This document shows, piece by piece, positions 57,798-64,000 of a DNA stretch of 64,000 nucleotides. Position numbers and translations under genes: made by a program. The stretch comes from an uncultured Candidatus Bathyarchaeia archaeon (lineage in GTDB: Archaea; Thermoproteota; Bathyarchaeia; Bathyarchaeales; Bathyarchaeaceae). Under the pieces are notes generated by a model. It was not told where the DNA came from. It ran no database searches and saw nothing but the letters and a program-made list of their open reading frames with translations. Numbering within the stretch: the stretch's first letter is position 1; every line of letters begins with the position of its first letter. The stretch covers positions 88,572 through 152,571 of the forward strand of contig CAYQMM010000004.1 of assembly GCA_964418675.1 (NCBI GenBank), read 5' to 3'.

Positions 57798-57957
57798 AAA
57801 ATGGGGGACTAAAATTGTTTTGGACTTGGGGATTTGAGATTAAAAAAATTAACTCCTAAATGCTCAGGTTAATCAGGTTTCAAATAATGCGCCAAGCTGG
57901 CAATGAATATAGAGGTGCTTGATCACGATTATAAAACTGGACTCGGTAAAAACTTCT

Positions 57958-58908
57958 TTAGAATTTGTGGGCTAGCCCTACGAGTTCTTTCACGTTCGTG
58001 TAGCCCTTCTTCTTCAGATAGCTGTCTATGCCTCTGGCGACAGACCTGAAGACTTTCAGTCCCTTGTAGGCGATGACTGTTCCAATCTGAACCGCCGACG
58101 CTCCAGCCAGCATGAATTCGACGGCGTCCTGCCAGCTGGTTATTCCGCCGCAGCCGATGACTGGAACATCAATCGCCCGGTAGACATCATACACGGCTCT
58201 GACTGCTATGGGCTTTATGGCTGGTCCAGATAATCCGCCGAACTTGTTGGCTAACAGGGGTCTAGCCGTCTCAATCTCTATAGCCATCGCCTTAACGGTG
58301 TTTACGGCTGTTATGGCATCTGCCCCAGCCTCCACCGCAGCCCCCGCAACCTCACATATGTCTGCAACGTTAGGAGTTAACTTCACAAACACCGGCAGGT
58401 TAACATTCTTCTTCACTTTCTCTACAACTTCCGCCAGCAGTGAGGCGTCGCATCCAATCTCTGCTCCAGCCTTCTCCACATGGGGACAGGACACATTCAA
58501 CTCCAGAGCATCCGCCCCCAATTTAACCGCAGCCTCAGCAACCTTGGCAAACTCCTCAGGTGAGAAAGCATAAATGCTCACAATAATGGGGACTCCAATG
58601 TTCCTCAGTTCCTGCATTTCCTCGCCGAAGTGGCTGATTCCCGGGTTGGGCAATCCCATGGCGTTGAGCAAGCCGCAGTCAACCTGAACAACAGTTGGAT
58701 TAGGATAACCACTTCGCGGTTCAAGCCCCAAGGACTTTGTGACAACGGCTCCGGCTCCCGCCTCTACTACACTTTTCATGGATAAGCCGGTGTACCCGAG
58801 GATTCCTGCGGCGAGCATGGTGGGGTTTGCAAGTTTCAATCCGCATAATTCAGTAACGAGACGACCCGACATCTTATGCACCCTCGCAGTAAAAGTTATC
58901 CACTGCAA
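57958..58908 (-). CDS. pyrD: Dihydroorotate dehydrogenase family 1B catalytic subunit
   Basis: NAMGLPNPG, ELNVSCPH, VKLTPN, GGLSGPAIKP, AVQIGT. Confidence 0.96.
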   Translation of the reverse strand: MQWITFTARVHKMSGRLVTELCGLKLANPTMLAAGILGYTGLSMKSVVEAGAGAVVTKSLGLEPRSGYPNPTVVQVDCGLLNAMGLPNPGISHFGEEMQELRNIGVPIIVSIYAFSPEEFAKVAEAAVKLGADALELNVSCPHVEKAGAEIGCDASLLAEVVEKVKKNVNLPVFVKLTPNVADICEVAGAAVEAGADAITAVNTVKAMAIEIETARPLLANKFGGLSGPAIKPIAVRAVYDVYRAIDVPVIGCGGITSWQDAVEFMLAGASAVQIGTVIAYKGLKVFRSVARGIDSYLKKKGYTNVKELVGLAHKF

Positions 58909-58951
58909 AGATAAAGGTTAGGAAACATACTCTAACACAACTCGATAATGG

Positions 58952-60187
58952 ATGGTAAAACCTGTGAAAGCCACAATAATAGAATCTGTAATGGGAGTTC
59001 TTGCTTTCGGCGAAGACAACAAGCTCGTAGAAAAAATCTTCTTCCCCAAAAACTCCCTGAAAGCGGCGGAGAAGCTTCAGAAGATAGAGGCAGGAAAGCT
59101 AATCGAGGAAATTGAAATCCTAGTTAAAAAACTGCAGAACAAGGGCTACACCACATTTGTTTTTGAGAACCAGAAAATGGCTAGAGGCGCCCAAGAAAAG
59201 CTGAATGTTGAAGCGGCTACGGAGACCTCTTCAGAAGCAGGTAAAATGCTGCGCGAAGATTTGGAAAAGTTTGCTTTGGACTTGAAGTTTGCTAAAAAGC
59301 CAGAGCAATTTCGCGCGTGGGTTCACAAGGTTTCTATGGAGCTTGCTAAGCTGAAGGTGAAGAAGACCGTTGAACGGCGAGATTTGCTGGTGGCTCAAGC
59401 GGTCCAAAGCGTCGACGACTTGGATAAATCCCTGAATCTCTTCATGAGCAGGTTACGGGAGTGGTTTGGACTCCACTATCCGGAGCTGGATAGGCTTATC
59501 GAGAAGCATGAGACCTACGCCCGCCTCGTCGTTAACCTCGGAACAAGAGACAACTTCACCGCAGAGAACCTAGAGAAGGAGGGACTGCCAAAAGCCAAGG
59601 CTCAGAAGATAGCTGAGGTTGCTGAGGCTTCCATGGGCGCCGAATTAACTGAGGAAGACCTAGCTCAGATTCAAGCCATGTGCAGAAACGTCCTTGAACT
59701 TTATGATGCCCGCCAATCGTTGGAGAAGTACGTGGATTCTGTTATGGAGGAAGTTGCACCGAACATCCGGACCATAGGCGGTTCTCTCTTGGGCGCCCGC
59801 CTAGTAGCCATCGCCGGAGGATTGATGAACCTAGCTAAGTTGCCGGCAAGCACAATCCAAGTTTTGGGTGCCGAGAAAGCCCTCTTCCGTTCGCTGAAGA
59901 CAAAGGCGCGTCCCCCTAAACATGGGATAATCTTTCAGCATCCCCTTATTCACGATGCTAAGCGTTGGCAGAGGGGAAAGATTGCCAGAGCCTTGGCTGG
60001 AAAATTAACTATAGCCGCTCGGGTCGATGCCTTCAGCGGCAATTACGTGGGGGAGGAGTTGAAAGCCGACCTTGAGAAGAGAGTCGAGGAGATTAAGGAG
60101 AGGTATGAGAAGCCGCCTACTCCATCTCCCAAGAAGGCAGCAGATACTAAGCGTCCGCGGAGAAAGAAACGTGGTCGTGGAAGTTAA
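58952..60187 (+). CDS. nop5: C/D box sRNP protein Nop5
   Basis: LREWFGLHYPEL, PASTIQVLGAEKALF, PKHGIIF, RGKIARALA. Confidence 0.95.
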   Translation: MVKPVKATIIESVMGVLAFGEDNKLVEKIFFPKNSLKAAEKLQKIEAGKLIEEIEILVKKLQNKGYTTFVFENQKMARGAQEKLNVEAATETSSEAGKMLREDLEKFALDLKFAKKPEQFRAWVHKVSMELAKLKVKKTVERRDLLVAQAVQSVDDLDKSLNLFMSRLREWFGLHYPELDRLIEKHETYARLVVNLGTRDNFTAENLEKEGLPKAKAQKIAEVAEASMGAELTEEDLAQIQAMCRNVLELYDARQSLEKYVDSVMEEVAPNIRTIGGSLLGARLVAIAGGLMNLAKLPASTIQVLGAEKALFRSLKTKARPPKHGIIFQHPLIHDAKRWQRGKIARALAGKLTIAARVDAFSGNYVGEELKADLEKRVEEIKERYEKPPTPSPKKAADTKRPRRKKRGRGS

Positions 60188-60863
60188 GACGCATCCCCGT
60201 TTTCCAGAGATTTACTGGGTTACTCTGGAGGATGGCACTCGAAAGTTAGCCACCAAGAACTTGGCTGCTGGCAACTCGGTTTATGGCGAGCGTCTCGTCA
60301 AGTTTGAAAGGAAAGAGTATAGGCTCTGGGACCCTTACAGAAGCAAGTTAGCCGCCGCCATACTCAAGGGCTTAAAATTTGTTCCCATCCAGCCACTGCA
60401 TAAAGTGTTGTATCTGGGGGCGGCTTCGGGAACGACGGCTAGTTACGTCTCTGACATCGTCGGCGAGGGAGGTCATGTGTACTGTGTTGAGTTTGCCTCG
60501 CGTTCCCTGAGAGAGTTGATCAGTAAGGTTGCCGCTTTCCGCTATAACATGGTGCCTATACTGGCTGATGCAAGGTTGCCGGAGACATATTCGCGGCTGG
60601 TGGAGCAGGTGGATGATGTTTATTGTGACGTGGCTCAGCCAGAGCAGGCTCGGATTTTGGCGGATAACGCTGACATGTTTCTAGCTGATGGGGGCTGGGT
60701 TATGCTGGCAATTAAAGCTCAGAGCATAGATGTAACGAAGGAGCCGACAGTAGTTTACGAAAGAGAAATAGCTACGCTAGAATCTAGGGGATTTCGGGTC
60801 GAGGAGGTTGTTCAACTTGAACCCTATGACAAGGCACACGTCATGGTTGTTGCCCAGAAATGA
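60171..60863 (+). CDS. flpA: Fibrillarin-like rRNA/tRNA 2'-O-methyltransferase
   Basis: VYGERL, WDPYRSKLAA, LYLGAASGTT, DVAQPEQ, LEPYDKAH; GTG start overlaps the nop5 end. Confidence 0.96.
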   Translation: MVVEVKTHPRFPEIYWVTLEDGTRKLATKNLAAGNSVYGERLVKFERKEYRLWDPYRSKLAAAILKGLKFVPIQPLHKVLYLGAASGTTASYVSDIVGEGGHVYCVEFASRSLRELISKVAAFRYNMVPILADARLPETYSRLVEQVDDVYCDVAQPEQARILADNADMFLADGGWVMLAIKAQSIDVTKEPTVVYEREIATLESRGFRVEEVVQLEPYDKAHVMVVAQK

Positions 60864-60882
60864 GACTTTATGGCGGGTGATA

Positions 60883-60938
60883 TTTTCAGGAAAAAGTACT
60901 GTTTTTAACAATGAAGTATTATTAGGCTCCAAATAGAA
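60883..60938 (+). repeat. Dispersed intergenic repeat, copy E
   Basis: ttttcaggaaaaagtactgtttttaacaatgaagtattattaggctccaaatagaa aligns with B and C at both ends, with a diverged centre. Confidence 0.82.
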
Positions 60939-61055
60939 CAAGGGTATTTTCATTGTCCTATAGAAGATTTATTTTACCCTACAATAAGGTTTATAACTTA
61001 ACGCTCTTATTGAAAAAGACGAATTTGCACTAACACAACAAGAAGGATACCACCC

Positions 61056-62063
61056 ATGGGTCACAGAAAGAAAAGCGCTCCCAGACACGGCTCATTAGCC
61101 TACCTGCCCAGAGGACGCGCCAAACGAACAGTCGGCAGAATCCGTTTCTGGCCCAAAGTAGAAGAAGGACCAACAATGCTCGGATTCATGGGCTACAAAG
61201 CCGGAATGACCCACATAGTCATGGTGGAGGACAAACCAAGCTCCCAAAATCTAGGCAAGGAGGTATCGCATCCAGCAACAATTCTGGACGTTCCCCCCAT
61301 CATAGTCTTCGCCATTCGCGCCTACACGAAAAATCAGACAGGCTTACAGACATTCACAGAAGCTTGGATGAAGGACCCACCCAAGGATTTCGACCGAGCC
61401 CTTGTTTTGCCTGAAAAATTCAACACTGAAGAGAGCCTCAAGACGATTGAAGAGAACCTAGATAAAATAGCTGAGGTTCGCCTTCTAGCTGCAACACAGC
61501 CGAGACTAGCTGGTGTTCCAAAGAAAAAGCCAGACATCATGGAGATTAAGGTGGATGGAGGCTCAATCCAAGAGCAAATTGAATACGCGAAGAGCCTACT
61601 GGGAAAAAATGTCTCGGTAACAGACGTTTTTAAAGAAGGCCATTTCGTGGATGTGGTGGCAATAACCAAAGGCAAAGGCTTTCAGGGTCCAGTGAAACGG
61701 TGGGGAATCAACATCTTGCCTCGCAAGTCCCGAAAGACCAAGCGGGGAGTAGCCGCCATCGGACCATGGAAACCCCCAAGGGTCCTATACACTGTCCCCA
61801 GAGCTGGCCAAATGGGCTACCACCAAAGAACCGAATACAATAAACGAATCCTAAAAATTGGCGTCGACGGAAAAAAAGTTACCCCAAAGGGCGGATTCTT
61901 GAAGTATGGCCCTGTAAAAGGAACCTACGTTATCGTGGACGGAAGCCTCCCAGGTCCAGTTAAACGCCTCGTGCGGCTGCGACATCCAGCCCGTCCCCCC
62001 ACAAAGGTTCCTGAATCTCCTCCGAACATCACTTACATTTCCTTGGAGTCCATGCAAAGATAA
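61056..62063 (+). CDS. rpl3: 50S ribosomal protein uL3
   Basis: PRHGSLAYLPR, GYKAGMTH, KGKGFQGPVKRWG, GQMGYHQRTE. Confidence 0.98.
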   Translation: MGHRKKSAPRHGSLAYLPRGRAKRTVGRIRFWPKVEEGPTMLGFMGYKAGMTHIVMVEDKPSSQNLGKEVSHPATILDVPPIIVFAIRAYTKNQTGLQTFTEAWMKDPPKDFDRALVLPEKFNTEESLKTIEENLDKIAEVRLLAATQPRLAGVPKKKPDIMEIKVDGGSIQEQIEYAKSLLGKNVSVTDVFKEGHFVDVVAITKGKGFQGPVKRWGINILPRKSRKTKRGVAAIGPWKPPRVLYTVPRAGQMGYHQRTEYNKRILKIGVDGKKVTPKGGFLKYGPVKGTYVIVDGSLPGPVKRLVRLRHPARPPTKVPESPPNITYISLESMQR

Positions 62064-62078
62064 GAAGGGTGATAAAGT

Positions 62079-62861
62079 ATGGGTAAGACCTCAGCTAAAG
62101 TTTTTGACCTGAAAGGCGAAGAGACAGGCAAAGTTCGCCTCCCTCAAATCTTTAAGACTCCCAGCAGACCAGACGTAATAAAACGGGCAGTGGTTGCCAT
62201 CCAATCTCACAGATTTCAACCCCAAGGCAGAGACCCCATGGCTGGAAAACGAACAACAGCCGAGTCCCGAGGAGTCGGCTCGGGAATAGCCCGTGTTCCA
62301 AGATTGAAGGGAGGGGGGCAGAGAGCCGCCTTCGCCCCGGGCACAGTGGGAGGTAGATCAGCTCATCCACCAGAGGCAGAAAAGAAAATCAAAAAGAAAC
62401 TTCCCAAAAAAGAGATGCACTTAGCTTTACGTTCAGCAGTCGCCGCTACAGCATCCAAAGAGACTGTGGCATCCAGGGGACACATGATAGAAGATGTGCC
62501 TGACTTTCCCCTAGTTGTCGTAGACGAAATTCAAAGCCTAAAAAAAACCAAAGACGTGGAAGAGGCACTCATCAACCTTGGAGTGTGGTCCGACATCTCC
62601 CGAGTCAAAGAAAGCCGGAAAGTTAGAGCTGGCAAAGGAAAAATGCGGGGACGAAAAATGAAACAAGCTGTCGGACCATTACTGGTCATAACCAAAAACG
62701 AGGGCGTGGCTGAGGCAGCCCGAAACCTTCCCGGAATAGAAATCACATCAGTGGAAAACTTAAACGCTGAACTTTTGGCGCCCGGAACCCACCCGGGAAG
62801 ACTGACAGTTTGGACGAGCTCAGCTTTTGAGAAAGTGGATAAAGTCTTTGGAGGAAAATAG
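62079..62861 (+). CDS. rpl4: 50S ribosomal protein uL4
   Basis: QPQGRDPMAGKRT, RAGKGKMRGR, LAPGTHPGRLT. Confidence 0.97.
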   Translation: MGKTSAKVFDLKGEETGKVRLPQIFKTPSRPDVIKRAVVAIQSHRFQPQGRDPMAGKRTTAESRGVGSGIARVPRLKGGGQRAAFAPGTVGGRSAHPPEAEKKIKKKLPKKEMHLALRSAVAATASKETVASRGHMIEDVPDFPLVVVDEIQSLKKTKDVEEALINLGVWSDISRVKESRKVRAGKGKMRGRKMKQAVGPLLVITKNEGVAEAARNLPGIEITSVENLNAELLAPGTHPGRLTVWTSSAFEKVDKVFGGK

Positions 62862-62862
62862 T

Positions 62863-63123
62863 TTGGATCCCTACAAAACTATCCGTTATCCTGTCATGAC
62901 TGAGGTTACAAGCCGTATTCTGGAGGCGGAAAACAAGCTTGTCTTCGTTGTCAGCAGAAAGGCTACGAAGCGGGACATTAAACTGGCGGTGGAGGAGCTT
63001 TATGATGTGGTTGTGGAGAAAGTCAACTCGACAATCACTCCTGAAGGCAAGAAAAAAGCTTTTGTGAAGCTTCACCCCGACTACAAGGCAGTGGACGTAG
63101 CTATCAAACTAGGAATCCTGTAA
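62863..63123 (+). CDS. rpl23: 50S ribosomal protein uL23
   Basis: PVMTE, NKLVFVV..KATKRDIK, GKKKAFVKL; TTG start. Confidence 0.96.
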   Translation: MDPYKTIRYPVMTEVTSRILEAENKLVFVVSRKATKRDIKLAVEELYDVVVEKVNSTITPEGKKKAFVKLHPDYKAVDVAIKLGIL

Positions 63124-63138
63124 CCAAAAAATAGTCTT

Positions 63139-63882
63139 TTGGGTTTCACGATGCAAATATCCTCCAAAATCTTTCCCGTTATAGTATTATTCTTGGTTGT
63201 CGGAGCATCTCTGACTCTTCTCCTCTTTCCTGGACTCGTATATGAACTCCTATTCTGGGTGATAGACTCTTTTCAAGCCGGAGGACTCCCCCTCCTGTTT
63301 TTAATGATGATTATACAAGCCTTAGCTATCCCCATTCCCTCTGAGCTTGTTCTGATAGCAGGAGGCTTAGCCTTCCCATTCCCCTTCGGATGGCTCGTTG
63401 GAGCATTAGGATCAATAGTTGCCGCTCTCGTCGGCTTCTACATTTCCCGTTGGGGAGGCAGGTCCCTCGCAATCCGGTTGGTCGGCGAGAAGGCAATACA
63501 GTTTGCGGATAACTGGTTTAATCGTTGGGGGGCTTGGGCAGTTCTTCTGGGAAGATTCGCGCCGTTCATACCTTTCGACGCAATATCGTACGGCTCGGGT
63601 TTAACTTCTATGAAGTTGAGGAAATTCCTTATTCCCACTGTGATAGGCACGTTACCCCGAACCCTCTTCTACACCTCGGTGGGAGGCTTTTTTGGTGTAA
63701 CATTCCAAGAACTTATTCTTCAGTACCATGCAACGAGAGAGATACCTGAAAAGCTTCAGGGTCCTCTTTCTTTCTTCAATGTTATCTTGCTTGCAGTAGT
63801 TGTGGTGATTGCAATAATTCTCATAGTGTACTGGCTTGTAACACAGAGGTACGCAGCAAAGAAGGAACCTAAAGGTATTTAA
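63139..63882 (+). CDS. DedA/VTT (TVP38/TMEM64) membrane protein
   Basis: PIPSELV...G, LLGRFAPFIPFDAISY..G, F...T.IGTLP. Confidence 0.88.
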   Translation: MGFTMQISSKIFPVIVLFLVVGASLTLLLFPGLVYELLFWVIDSFQAGGLPLLFLMMIIQALAIPIPSELVLIAGGLAFPFPFGWLVGALGSIVAALVGFYISRWGGRSLAIRLVGEKAIQFADNWFNRWGAWAVLLGRFAPFIPFDAISYGSGLTSMKLRKFLIPTVIGTLPRTLFYTSVGGFFGVTFQELILQYHATREIPEKLQGPLSFFNVILLAVVVVIAIILIVYWLVTQRYAAKKEPKGI

Positions 63883-63933
63883 AAAAGGTTCATATCTGTA
63901 GAATCTGAATGTTCCAAAGGAAGATGTAACATC

Positions 63934-64000
63934 TTGGGTAAACGTATTCGAGTGCAAAGACGCGGAAGAGGGTCTTCAACCTTCACGGCATCAACCCACA
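63934..64000 (+). CDS. rpl2: 50S ribosomal protein uL2, 3'-truncated by the window edge
   Basis: TTG start then GKRIRVQRRGRGSSTF, the archaeal uL2 N-terminus. Confidence 0.9.
   Translation, partial: MGKRIRVQRRGRGSSTFTASTH

Noticed and set aside
434-60938. Dispersed repeat interpreted as a CRISPR array, TIGR array or integron attC sites
   Set aside because: The copies are 7-28 kb apart, not tandem with spacers, and there are no cas genes. The TTAGGC/GCCTAAT end resembles an attC core, but there is no full-length inverted arm, the flanks are mostly housekeeping genes and there is no integrase. There are no box C/D motifs, and the Nop5 is the canonical one beside fibrillarin.

Overview
Archaeal chromosomal window, most likely Bathyarchaeia. 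This assignment is inferred from the TFB, TFE-beta, KEOPS, Nop5-fibrillarin and archaeal ribosomal protein genes, a CooC at the left edge, a methanogen-type homocysteine operon and an IPEF (PEF-CTERM) surface protein. It is mostly dense housekeeping DNA: proteasome beta, RlmE, the KEOPS/uS15/RecJ cluster, argGH-carAB, SUI1/TFB, tRNA-Gln(CTG), pyrG, corA, trxB, ychF, proBA, uppS, pyrK/pyrD, nop5-flpA and rpl3-rpl4-rpl23-(dedA)-rpl2. Several AT-rich accessory inserts interrupt it. I found no CRISPR array, integrase or transposase. The most striking unexplained structure is a family of five dispersed, strictly intergenic ~45-56 bp repeats with an internal palindrome, resembling REP or MITE elements. 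Other candidates for follow-up are an orphan two-gene cassette, an orphan PD-(D/E)XK coiled-coil protein next to an unannotated 42-aa hydrophilin-like microprotein, a DedA gene inside the core ribosomal operon, and an ACT-domain regulator with a visible TGACCA palindrome facing argGH-carAB. All family assignments come from motif recognition by eye. No searches or computations were run.
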